Positions 32,333 through 42,294 of a stretch of DNA of 55,261 bases are shown piece by piece. Position 1 is the stretch's first letter, and each line of letters begins with the position of its first letter. This DNA comes from an uncultured Clostridia bacterium (GTDB lineage: Bacteria; Bacillota; Clostridia; TANB77; CAG-508), in NCBI GenBank assembly GCA_944388695.1, contig CALXJT010000004.1:1-55261 (forward strand), written 5' to 3'. Both the position numbers and the translations under genes were made by a program. The notes beneath the pieces are model-generated. The model had not been told where the DNA came from. It worked only from the letters and a program-made list of their open reading frames with translations, and searched no databases.

Positions 32333-35053
32333 ATGAATATGAAAAAATTAGTATTAATTGATGGAAATAGTATTGCTAACAGAGCATTTTACGGAATTAT
32401 GGGAAGTAAAATGTTAATGACAAGTGACGGAAAATATACAAATGCAGTATATGGTTTTTTAGCAATAATGTTCAAATTATTAGATGACGAAAAACCAGAT
32501 TATATGGCAGTTGCATTTGACTTAAAGGCTCCAACAGCGAGACATAAACTATATGAAGGATATAAAGCAACAAGAAAAGGAATGCCTCAAGAATTAGCAG
32601 AGCAAATGCCAATAATAAAAGAAGTATTAAGAGCAATGAATATAGAAATAATAGAGAAGGAAGGATATGAAGCAGATGATGTTTTAGGAACATTATCACG
32701 TTTTGGAGAAAAAAATGGTTTAGAAGTTATTATTTTATCAGGAGATAGAGATACTTTTCAACTTGCGACAGATAATATAAGTATTCATATTCCAAGAACA
32801 AAAGGTGGAAAAACAGAAACAGAAATATATAATCGTGAAAAAATATTAGAAGTTTATGGAATTGAGCCAAAGCAATTAATAGAAGTAAAAGGATTACAAG
32901 GAGATACATCAGATAATATACCAGGAGTTCCAGGGATAGGAGAAAAAACAGCATTATCTTTAATAAAAGAATATGGTTCGATTGACAATTTATATAAAAA
33001 ATTAGAAAATGGTGAAGCTCAAATAAAAGGTAAACAAAAAGAAAAACTAGAAAGTAATAAAGATTTAGCAGAGCTTTCTAGAACATTGGGAACAATCAAT
33101 TTAGAAGTACCAATGGAAGAAGAAACATTAGAAAAATTAGAAGCTGAAGAGTGGAATAAACCAGAAGTTTTAAGATTGTTTAAAGAGTTAAAATTTAAAA
33201 GATACATAGATAGATTTCATTTATTAGATGAAGAGGAAGATGTATCATCAGAAAAAAATGAAAATATAGATGTATTATATAATGAAGGTAATTTATCAAT
33301 AGAGAAAATAAAAAAAGAGATTGAAAAAGATGGAGAGATGATATTTGATATTCAAACAGAAAAGGAAGAAAATCCAGAAAAAATAATCAAAGAAAAAATA
33401 GTAGGAATATCAATATATAGAAAAGAAAACAAAGAAACAAATTATTATTCATTTGAAAAAGAATTAGATTTTTTACAATTTAAAGAAATATTTGAGAATG
33501 ATAAAATAAAGAAAATAGGAATACATTTTAGTAAGACATATATTTTGTGTAAACAAATTGATATACAAATAAAAGGATTATATTTTGATGCTAAAATAGG
33601 AGCATATATTTTAGACCCTAATAATAATAAATTAGAAATAGAAAATTTAGCAGAAGAATACTTACATATATTTGTAGATGATTATATAAAAGAAGAAAAA
33701 CAAGAACAAATGAATTTATTTGATATGTCAGAAAATAAGGTCGATGATAGTAGAAAGAAAAAATCTCAATTTTATGCATATTTAATATATTCATTAGAAG
33801 AAAAAATAACTAAAGAATTAGAAAATATAAATGCAATAGAATTGTTCCAAGCAATTGATATGCCAACAGTAACGGTATTATCTGAAATGCAATGGAATGG
33901 AATGTATGCAAATCTTCAGAAATTAGAAGAATTTGGTGATGAATTAAAAAAGAATTTAGAGGAAAAAACTAAAAAGATATATGAACTTGCTGGAGAAGAA
34001 TTTAATATCAATTCTCCAAAACAATTAGGTGAAATATTATTTGATAAAATGAAATTACCAGTTATAAAGAAAACAAAAAGTGGATATTCTACAGATGTAG
34101 ATGTATTAGAAAAGCTAAAAAGTGAGCATCCTATAATTGAAGAAATTTTAGAATATAGACAATATACAAAATTAAATTCTACATATATAGAAGGATTAAA
34201 ACCATATATAAATCCAAAAACGAAAAGAATACATTCATTTTTTCATCAAACAATTACAGCTACTGGAAGAATAAGTTCAACAGAACCAAATTTACAAAAT
34301 ATACCTACTAGATTTGAATTAGGTAAAAAAGTAAGAAGAATATTTGAGCCAGAAAAAGGAAAAGTCTATATAGATGCAGATTACTCTCAAATAGAATTAA
34401 GAGTTTTAGCACATATGTCAGAAGATGTTCATATGGTAGAAGCATTTAAAAATAATGAAGATATCCATAAGCAAGCTGCTTCAAAAGTTTTTAAAACACC
34501 AATAGATGAGGTAACTAAAGAGCAAAGAAGTAGTGCAAAAGCTGTTAATTTTGGTATTGTATATGGAATTAGTGATTTTGGATTAGCAGAACAATTAGGA
34601 ATATCAAGAAAACAGGCTAAAAAATATATCGATGAATATTTGGAAGAATATTCAGGAATTCATCAATTTATGGAAAGTACAATAGAATCAGCAAAAGAAA
34701 AAGGATATGTAGAAACATTATTTCATAGAAGAAGATATATTCCAGAATTGACTTCTAAAAATTACATGGTAAGACAATTCGGAAGTCGTGCAGCAATGAA
34801 TACACCTATACAAGGGACAGCAGCAGATATAATGAAGATTGCAATGATAAAAGTATATAATGAGATGAAAGAACAAAATTTAAAAGCAAAAATAGTATTA
34901 CAAGTTCATGATGAAATGATGATAGAAGCACCTGAAAATGAAGTAGAGCAAGTAAAAGAAATACTAAAAAATTCAATGGAATCAGCAGCGAATTTAAAAG
35001 TACCATTGATTGCAGAAATTTCTGTGGCTAGTAATTGGTATGATTGTAAGTAA
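32333..35053 (+). CDS. polA: DNA polymerase I
   Basis: 5'-3' exonuclease (LIDGNS, EADD, GDTSDNIPGV), DYSQIELR, KAVNFG, QVHDE. Confidence 0.97.
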   Translation: MNMKKLVLIDGNSIANRAFYGIMGSKMLMTSDGKYTNAVYGFLAIMFKLLDDEKPDYMAVAFDLKAPTARHKLYEGYKATRKGMPQELAEQMPIIKEVLRAMNIEIIEKEGYEADDVLGTLSRFGEKNGLEVIILSGDRDTFQLATDNISIHIPRTKGGKTETEIYNREKILEVYGIEPKQLIEVKGLQGDTSDNIPGVPGIGEKTALSLIKEYGSIDNLYKKLENGEAQIKGKQKEKLESNKDLAELSRTLGTINLEVPMEEETLEKLEAEEWNKPEVLRLFKELKFKRYIDRFHLLDEEEDVSSEKNENIDVLYNEGNLSIEKIKKEIEKDGEMIFDIQTEKEENPEKIIKEKIVGISIYRKENKETNYYSFEKELDFLQFKEIFENDKIKKIGIHFSKTYILCKQIDIQIKGLYFDAKIGAYILDPNNNKLEIENLAEEYLHIFVDDYIKEEKQEQMNLFDMSENKVDDSRKKKSQFYAYLIYSLEEKITKELENINAIELFQAIDMPTVTVLSEMQWNGMYANLQKLEEFGDELKKNLEEKTKKIYELAGEEFNINSPKQLGEILFDKMKLPVIKKTKSGYSTDVDVLEKLKSEHPIIEEILEYRQYTKLNSTYIEGLKPYINPKTKRIHSFFHQTITATGRISSTEPNLQNIPTRFELGKKVRRIFEPEKGKVYIDADYSQIELRVLAHMSEDVHMVEAFKNNEDIHKQAASKVFKTPIDEVTKEQRSSAKAVNFGIVYGISDFGLAEQLGISRKQAKKYIDEYLEEYSGIHQFMESTIESAKEKGYVETLFHRRRYIPELTSKNYMVRQFGSRAAMNTPIQGTAADIMKIAMIKVYNEMKEQNLKAKIVLQVHDEMMIEAPENEVEQVKEILKNSMESAANLKVPLIAEISVASNWYDCK

Positions 35054-35197
35054 GATATTTTTTATATAGTATTTAGGGAAAATCAAATTGTAAAAAAATA
35101 AAAAAATTTTTTATATTGATTTTAGAATATTTGAAAATATAAATATAAAAAGGGGATAAGTATAATTATAAATATATTGGAGGAGAGAGTTTTATTG

Positions 35198-35767
35198 ATG
35201 CAAAAAGGACGTAGGATTTTTATAGTATTAATAATTATTCTGATAATGATTTTTATCTTATTCGGAGTATTAAAAATACATATAAGAATATTAGAAAAAA
35301 TGTATCCCAAAAATTATAGTAATTTTGTAACAATGTATGCAAAAGAATATCAAGTAGATGAAAATTTAATATATGCAATAATAAAGGCAGAAAGTAATTT
35401 TAATCCAGAAGCGGTTTCTGGTAAATCTGCTTATGGATTAATGCAAATAGTAGAAGAAACTGCTATAGATGTAGCAAGGAGAATAGAACCTAATTTAACA
35501 GCAGAAGAAGTAATGGATAATATATTTGATGTAGATTTTAATATACAATTGGGGACAAAATATGTTTCTATGCTATTAGAGCAATATGATGGAAATATAC
35601 CACTTGCACTTACTGCTTATAATGCGGGAATAGGAACAGTGAATAATTGGATAGAAAAAGGAGTTCTTCAGTCAGATGGCTCTGATATAGAGAATATACC
35701 ATATAAGGAGACAAATCAATATGTGAGAAAAATTTTGAGAGATTATGATATTTATCAGAATTTGTGA
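35198..35767 (+). CDS. SLT-domain lytic transglycosylase with N-terminal membrane anchor
   Basis: IKAESNF, GLMQ, AYNAG, ETNQYV. Confidence 0.9.
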   Translation: MQKGRRIFIVLIIILIMIFILFGVLKIHIRILEKMYPKNYSNFVTMYAKEYQVDENLIYAIIKAESNFNPEAVSGKSAYGLMQIVEETAIDVARRIEPNLTAEEVMDNIFDVDFNIQLGTKYVSMLLEQYDGNIPLALTAYNAGIGTVNNWIEKGVLQSDGSDIENIPYKETNQYVRKILRDYDIYQNL

Positions 35768-35773
35768 GCTAAC

Positions 35774-35879
35774 TTTGGTCGGATTTTGAGGCGAATTTTG
35801 GGGACACTCCATTTTGTTCGGAAAAAAATTTTACGAACAAAATGGAGTGTCCCCAAAATTCGACCAAAATCCGACTAAA
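35774..35879. repeat. Family-1 REP-like palindrome, copy B
   Basis: Perfect 29-bp arms at 35792-35820 and 35834-35862, plus outer stem gtcggattttg/caaaatccgac. Confidence 0.92.
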
Positions 35880-35993
35880 AATTGTCTCAAAATTTGAAAT
35901 TAGAGCTTTATTAAAAAAGTACTAGACAAATAGTCAAATATGATATAAAATTGAGGAAATAGAAAAATGTAATATAAAGGAGAATTAACAGTT

Positions 35994-37214
35994 ATGGTTG
36001 TAGAACAATTGATTTTTACAGTTATTGCATTTTTGCTCTTTGTTATTATGTTTTATCAAATGATAAAATATAATGATACAAGTTATGTTGTTATTTTTAT
36101 TTTACAGGCAATTGGAATAGCGTTAAATTTCTTTGAAGTTTTATTTGGAATCCAAATAACTCCTTTTTTTGTAATTTTAAAATATGTTTTTGCGATTTTA
36201 ATACCTGTTATAATAATTATAATGGATAAAAAGCATATACCATTAATAGAAGTTTTTAATGTAACTAAAGCAAGAATATGGATGAAATTTCATGTAAATA
36301 AGAGAGCAAAAGATAATTTAATTGATTTGCTTGACAAATATCCAGATAATTATAAAGCACATAAATTATTGGCACAAATATATGAACAAGAAGGTGGTAT
36401 GAGAAAAGCAATAGATGAGTATGTGCAAGCAATAGATGCAAATAAGCAGGATTATGATTCATATTATAAAGTAGCAGAATTATTAAATCAGTTAGAAAAG
36501 CCAGATGAAGCTTCAGAAATGCTTTTCAGGCTATTGTCAAAAAAACCAGAATATGAGCAAGCAACGGTTTTATTAGGCGATATTTTAATGAAAAAAGAAA
36601 TGTATAAAGAGGCTGTTAATGTATATCAAGATGCGTTAAAATATAATCCATTGAGTTATGATTTTAATTATTCATTAGGTATGGCATATACAATGTTAAA
36701 TGATTTCCAAAATGCAAAAATTTGTTATGAAAAGGCAGCGGAAATTAATTCATTATCATATAATTCTAAATATTCATTAGCTGAAATCGCATTAATATAT
36801 AAAGAAATAGAAGAAGCAGAAAAATATTTTATGGAAGTAGTAGATACAGAAGATTTAGCTGCGGATGCATATTATGAATTAGCTAAAATTTCTCTAATGA
36901 AAGGAAATAAAGATATGGCTATAAAATATGCAAATACTGCAATAGATTTGGATTCAAAGAAAATAGTTCCAAAAATTAAGAAAGATCCAATTTTTATACC
37001 AGTAATTGCTAGAATTCCTATACCATTTAATTTAGAAGGAAATAAAAAAGCAGGTAACTTGACAGAAATTGAACTTAAGACCAAGGAACATTTGGAAGAA
37101 ATGTTTGAAATTACAAGACATTTAAGCTATCAAGATATAGAGATGTTGAATTATCAAATGAGAAAGAAAGAACATGACGAAAAAGAGAATATTGATAGAG
37201 AAAAAGAAGAGTAA
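35994..37214 (+). CDS. Membrane-anchored tetratricopeptide-repeat protein
   Basis: 3 N-terminal TM helices followed by multiple TPR-like repeats. Confidence 0.75.
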   Translation: MVVEQLIFTVIAFLLFVIMFYQMIKYNDTSYVVIFILQAIGIALNFFEVLFGIQITPFFVILKYVFAILIPVIIIIMDKKHIPLIEVFNVTKARIWMKFHVNKRAKDNLIDLLDKYPDNYKAHKLLAQIYEQEGGMRKAIDEYVQAIDANKQDYDSYYKVAELLNQLEKPDEASEMLFRLLSKKPEYEQATVLLGDILMKKEMYKEAVNVYQDALKYNPLSYDFNYSLGMAYTMLNDFQNAKICYEKAAEINSLSYNSKYSLAEIALIYKEIEEAEKYFMEVVDTEDLAADAYYELAKISLMKGNKDMAIKYANTAIDLDSKKIVPKIKKDPIFIPVIARIPIPFNLEGNKKAGNLTEIELKTKEHLEEMFEITRHLSYQDIEMLNYQMRKKEHDEKENIDREKEE

Positions 37215-37404
37215 AAATGATACTTCAAAAATTGAAATTTAAGTAAATTATCTTTAGGAAAAAAGAGAGTGAAGTGCTATAAATATTATAGAGATATAGA
37301 AAACAATAAATCTAAATCATTAAAGATAGTTATAAAAAGCTTATTTAAAAATTTTCGTAATAAATAATAACTTTTTTTCATATATTTTTCTAGGAGGAAT
37401 TTAT

Positions 37405-38242
37405 ATGAAGAAAAGTTTTTTTATAATAGGGCGGAGATTTAAGAATGATAAAATTGGCAAATATGCTTGAAAAAGATGGGAACATAGTATATACTTATGG
37501 AATAGAAGAGGCAGAAAAAGAAGCAATTGATAAAGAGGTATTTGAGAGGTCAGATATTATTATTTGTCCTACTCCACTTTCTAAAGACGGCAATACAATT
37601 TTTATGCCTTATAGCCATAAAGAAATAACAATTCAAGAGGTATTGAGTGAGTCAAGAGGAAAAATATTTATTGCAGGTAATATACCAAAAAAATATATTG
37701 ATATAGCAAAAGAAAATGATGTAAATATTATAGATATTATGGAGTCAGAAGATTTAGTTATATATAATACAATTGCAACCGCAGAAGGAACAATAAATAT
37801 TATGATAGAAGATACAGATAAAATTTTACAAGGACAAAAAGTATTAATATTAGGTTTTGGTAGAGTTGCAAAAACACTAGCAATGAAGCTTAAAGGACTT
37901 CAGATGGAAGTTACTTGTGTGGCAAGGAAAGATAAAGATATTGCATGGATAGAAACCTATGGTTATAGAGCTCTATATTTATCTTTTATAGAAAACGAGT
38001 TGAAAAATTACGACTTTATAATAAATACAATACCATATCAAATATTAAAAGAAGAGCAATTGTCAAAAGTGAAAAAAGAAACACTTTTAATAGATTTAGC
38101 ATCTAGTCCAGGTGGAATTTGTCAAGATGATGCTAAAAAATTAGGGTTAAAATCTATTTGGGCATTAGCCTTGCCTGGAAAAATAGCACCAACATCTAGT
38201 GCGAAATTTATAAGAAAAGTTATATATTCAAAGATACTTTAA
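37405..38242 (+). CDS. dpaA: Dipicolinate synthase subunit A; N-terminus out of frame by +1 at codons 9-10 (programmed frameshift, pseudogene or sequence error)
   Basis: SD aggagg then ATG 37405 gives MKKSFFIIG; the +1 frame continues GDLRMIKLA; the body has NTIATAEG, GFGRVA, IDLASSPGG, ALPGKIAP. Confidence 0.8.
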
Positions 38243-38289
38243 AGAATTGTTAGGATAAAATATGTAACAAAAGAAGGGAGAAATGAGAA

Positions 38290-39081
38290 ATGGCAGAAAT
38301 TTTACAAGCATTAGTATTAGGAATAGTACAGGGATTAACAGAATTATTACCAATATCTAGTTCAGCACATTTAAATTTAATACCATGGATATTTAATTGG
38401 GATATACCAGAAAGTTTTGACGTAGCATTGCATTTTGGAACACTTCTTGCAATAGCATTATTCTTCTTTAAAGATTGGATTGAATTAATAAAAGGTGGAT
38501 ATAATCAAGTTGTAAAAAAGAAGAAATCATTTGAAGGTAAAATGTTTTGGTATATAGTAATAGCAACAATTCCTGGAGGAATAATAGGTTTTATATTAGA
38601 CCATTTTGTAGGAGATTCTTTAGGAAATATGCCATTATTAATAGCAATAGCCTTAATTGTAATGGGAATAATACTTTATGTAGTAGATAAAAAAGCACCA
38701 AATAAAACAAAATATGAAGATATGAATTTTAAACAAACATTTTTAATAGGATTATCACAAGCTTTAGCATTTATACCAGGAGTGTCACGCTCTGGAATTA
38801 CAATGACAACAGGTAGATTAATGGGAGTTGATAGAGCATCAACTGCAAAATATTCTTTTATGTTATCAGCACCTATTGTATTAGGAGCAACACTTTATAA
38901 GCTTAAAGATTTTGACTTTGGAATTCCATTTTTAGTAGGTGTTTTATCTAGCTTTGTTGTTGGATTATTGGTAATTAAATTTTTATTACAATATTTGCAA
39001 AAAGGTAGCTTTAAAGGTTTTGCAATTTATAGAGTTGTAGTAGGAATATTAGTGATTGGTTTATATATTATAAGATTGTAG
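38290..39081 (+). CDS. uppP: Undecaprenyl-diphosphatase
   Basis: QGLTELLPISSSAH, HFGT, PGVSRSG. Confidence 0.95.
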   Translation: MAEILQALVLGIVQGLTELLPISSSAHLNLIPWIFNWDIPESFDVALHFGTLLAIALFFFKDWIELIKGGYNQVVKKKKSFEGKMFWYIVIATIPGGIIGFILDHFVGDSLGNMPLLIAIALIVMGIILYVVDKKAPNKTKYEDMNFKQTFLIGLSQALAFIPGVSRSGITMTTGRLMGVDRASTAKYSFMLSAPIVLGATLYKLKDFDFGIPFLVGVLSSFVVGLLVIKFLLQYLQKGSFKGFAIYRVVVGILVIGLYIIRL

Positions 39082-39090
39082 TTAATGAAT

Positions 39091-39173
39091 AAAAGACGAA
39101 CGTTGGGGACACTCCATTTTGTTCGGGAAAAATTTTTCCGAACAAAATGGCGTGTCCCTAACGTTCGCCTTTT
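39091..39173. repeat. Family-1 REP-like palindrome, copy C
   Basis: cgaacgttggggacactccattttgttcgg-gaaaaattttt-ccgaacaaaatggcgtgtccctaacgttcg. Confidence 0.92.
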
Positions 39174-39241
39174 CCTCTTGAATTTGCCTAAAAAATATGA
39201 TAAAATAGGTAAAATTCTAGAAAAGACGAGGTCGAATATAT

Positions 39242-41122
39242 ATGTTAGAAAAAGTAAATTCACCAGAAGATTTAAAAAAATTAAATATAAATCAAAAAAC
39301 AGAATTAGCGCAAGACATAAGAGAATATATATTAAAAATAGTTTCAGAAAATGGAGGACATTTAGCATCAAATTTAGGAGTAGTGGAATTAACAATAGCA
39401 TTACACAGTGTTTTTAATGTGCCAGAAGATAAAATTGTATGGGATGTAGGGCATCAAACTTATGTACATAAAATTTTAACAGGAAGAAAAGAAGCATTAA
39501 AAACATTAAGAAAATTAGATGGTATTGCAGGTTTTCCTAAAATAAAAGAATCTGAAACAGATTGCTTTAATACAGGACATAGCAGTACCTCTATTTCTCT
39601 AGCACTTGGAATGGCAAGAGCGAGAGATATACAAGGAAAGAATAATATGGTTGTGGCAGTTATTGGTGATGGAGCATTAACAGGAGGAATGGCAATAGAG
39701 GCATTAAATGATGCAGGTTTTAGTCATTCAAAAATGATAGTAGTTCTTAATGATAACGAGATGAGTATTTCAAAAAATGTTGGTGGACTTAATATGTTTT
39801 TAAGTAAATTACGCACTAAAAAATTATATACAAAGTCTAATATATCTGCTAAAAAATTAATTTTAAAAATACCTGTAATTGGAAAACCAGTTGTAAAAAT
39901 AATACAAAGATTAAAAAGAAGTATTAAACAATTAATTATACCTAAAATGTTTTTTGAAGATATAGGATTTACATATTTAGGACCTGTAGATGGTCATAAT
40001 ATACAGGAACTTGAGAATATATTAAGATTAAGTGAGCAAGTCGAAGGACCTGTTTTAGTACATGTTTTAACTAAAAAAGGAAAAGGATATAAAATAGCTG
40101 AAGAAAATCCAGATAAATTCCATGCTACTTCACCATTTGATGTAGAAACAGGTGAATTAAAAAGTAAAAAGAAAAAGGATTATTCAAAAGTTTTTGGAGA
40201 TAAATTAGTAGAAATTGCAAAAAGAAATCCTCAAGTTGTTGCTATAACTGCATCTATGAAAGATGGAACAGGGCTTACAGAATTTCAAAAAGAATTTCCA
40301 GATAGATTTTTTGATATAGGAATAGCAGAGCAACATGCAGTGGGGCTAGCGGCAGGAATGGCAAAAGCAGGATTAATACCTGTAGTTCCAATATATTCAT
40401 CTTTCTATCAAAGAGCTTATGATCAAGTTATACATGATGTTGCAATTCAAAATTTACCAGTTGTTTTATGTGTTGATAGAGCAGGACTAGTTGGTGCTGA
40501 TGGAGAAACACATCAAGGTTTATTAGATATGGCATTTTTTAGATTAGTTCCAAATTTAACAATAATGGCTCCAAAAGATTTTAAAGAATTAGAGGATATG
40601 TTAGAGTTTGCAATAGACTTAAAAAAACCAGTAGTAATTCGTTATCCTAGAGGAGGAGAAGAAAGAACTTTTGAATTGAATGATGAAAAATATCAAACTA
40701 TACAAGAAGGAAAAGCAGAAATTTTATCAGAAGGAAATGATATTACAATAGTAGCAATTGGAAAGATGGTAGCAAGAGCTAAAAATATTCAAGAGAAATT
40801 ATTGGAAGACAACATACATGCAGAGTTAATAAATGCTAGATTTTTAAAACCATTAGATGAAGATATAATTATAAATTCAATATCTAAAACTAAAAAAGTA
40901 GTTACTATAGAAGATGGAACTTTAATAGATGGACTTGCTACAGCAGTTGAAGAATGTATTATAGAAAAAAAATTGGAGAACATAAATATTAAATCATATG
41001 GATATCCTGATAAATATATTCCTCATGGTTCAGTTTCAGAATTAGAAAAAATATATGGTTTGGATGAAGAAAAAATTTATGATGATATAAAGAATTTATG
41101 TCTTAAGGAAGAAAGTCTTTAA
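39242..41122 (+). CDS. dxs: 1-deoxy-D-xylulose-5-phosphate synthase
   Basis: GGHLASNLG, DVGHQ, GHSSTS, GDGA...LNDN, GIAEQHA, IRYPRG. Confidence 0.97.
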   Translation: MLEKVNSPEDLKKLNINQKTELAQDIREYILKIVSENGGHLASNLGVVELTIALHSVFNVPEDKIVWDVGHQTYVHKILTGRKEALKTLRKLDGIAGFPKIKESETDCFNTGHSSTSISLALGMARARDIQGKNNMVVAVIGDGALTGGMAIEALNDAGFSHSKMIVVLNDNEMSISKNVGGLNMFLSKLRTKKLYTKSNISAKKLILKIPVIGKPVVKIIQRLKRSIKQLIIPKMFFEDIGFTYLGPVDGHNIQELENILRLSEQVEGPVLVHVLTKKGKGYKIAEENPDKFHATSPFDVETGELKSKKKKDYSKVFGDKLVEIAKRNPQVVAITASMKDGTGLTEFQKEFPDRFFDIGIAEQHAVGLAAGMAKAGLIPVVPIYSSFYQRAYDQVIHDVAIQNLPVVLCVDRAGLVGADGETHQGLLDMAFFRLVPNLTIMAPKDFKELEDMLEFAIDLKKPVVIRYPRGGEERTFELNDEKYQTIQEGKAEILSEGNDITIVAIGKMVARAKNIQEKLLEDNIHAELINARFLKPLDEDIIINSISKTKKVVTIEDGTLIDGLATAVEECIIEKKLENINIKSYGYPDKYIPHGSVSELEKIYGLDEEKIYDDIKNLCLKEESL

Positions 41123-41197
41123 AAAGAAATATTAAGCAGTGGTAGACGGAAGATTCGTTACTAAAGAAAGAATTTTAGAAGACTATTATGTGAAGGG

Positions 41198-42001
41198 ATG
41201 AGATTAAGTATGGATAAAATAAAGCTATTAGAAGATTATAAGAAGCAAGAAGATAAAATGTTATTATCTCAAATTTTAGATAAGATGGAAATGAGCGAAA
41301 GAAAGGGTTCAGTTGAAGTTACTGATTTTTTAGATATGTATCAGAATGCTTTAGTTGAAAAATTCTTGAAAAAGATAAAGTTTGATAATGTTAAGTTATG
41401 GGGAGGATATGAAGAGGCAGAAAGAAAAATATGTATATTTTCCCAAGAAAATTTAGAGAACACAGATTATTCAAAAGAATTACAAATAATTAGAATTAAA
41501 TTACAAGAATCAGATAAAGGCAAATATTCTCATAGAAATTATTTGGGAGGAATTGTAAAAGTAGGTATAAAGAGAGAAAAAGTAGGAGATATCATAGTAT
41601 TTGATGATGGAGCTGATATTATAGTAAAAAATGAAATTTCAGAAGGATTAGTAAAGGAATTAAAAGGATTAAATAGATTTGAAAATGCTGAATTTCAAAT
41701 TTTAGATATTTCAGAATTAAGAAGAAAAGAGGTTCAAAAAGAAGAAATTAGTATAATTGTACCATCATTAAGGTTAGACAATATTGTATCAGATTTAGCT
41801 AGAACTTCAAGAAATAAAGCGGTAGAAATACTTAAACAAGAAAGAGTTTTTGTTAATGGTCAAAATGAGACAAAACCTTCTAAAAATGTTAAATTACAAG
41901 ATGTTATAACTATTAGAGGGAAAGGAAGATTTGTTATTAAGGAGTTTTCTGGAACAACAAGAAGTGGGAGAACAGTGGTTATTGTAGAGAAATTTGTTTA
42001 G
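41198..42001 (+). CDS. YlmH/Sll1252-family S4 RNA-binding protein
   Basis: TDFL, GGYEEAER, HRNYLG, SLRLD, IRGKGRF. Confidence 0.88.
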   Translation: MRLSMDKIKLLEDYKKQEDKMLLSQILDKMEMSERKGSVEVTDFLDMYQNALVEKFLKKIKFDNVKLWGGYEEAERKICIFSQENLENTDYSKELQIIRIKLQESDKGKYSHRNYLGGIVKVGIKREKVGDIIVFDDGADIIVKNEISEGLVKELKGLNRFENAEFQILDISELRRKEVQKEEISIIVPSLRLDNIVSDLARTSRNKAVEILKQERVFVNGQNETKPSKNVKLQDVITIRGKGRFVIKEFSGTTRSGRTVVIVEKFV

Positions 42002-42145
42002 ATGAGAAAACAAGAAGATAAATTTGTTAGTTTAGATAAAGTTATGAAGATAAACTTGAGTAGAGTTAGGTGAAAAATGTAAAAGTAAAATAGTATGAGT
42101 CTTAAAAATTCTTCTTCATTTTATTAAAAATCATTTTATCAAAAA

Positions 42146-42208
42146 ATTGAATGTCCATACTGGGAGATGATTTTAAAAGTTTTCATAACCCATTATGGAC
42201 ATTTAATT
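42146..42208. terminator. Long hairpin between convergent ylmH-like and tsaB-rimI genes
   Basis: aattgaatgtccata...tatggacatttaatt. Confidence 0.55.
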
Positions 42209-42294
42209 ATTATATTTATATTATAAATCAAATATCATAAATCAAATTTTTTTCTTATGCTTCTATCTGCTGACATTTAATTAATATATTATAT

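Noticed and set aside
37416-37422. T7 tract as a phase-variation switch for dpaA
   Set aside because: Removing one T creates TTA-TAA (stop); the frame is restored only around GGG-C
39027-39417. ORFs 39085-39417 (+) and 39027-39401 (-) sharing RRTLGT...PNVRL
   Set aside because: Both are translations of palindrome copy C and overlap dxs
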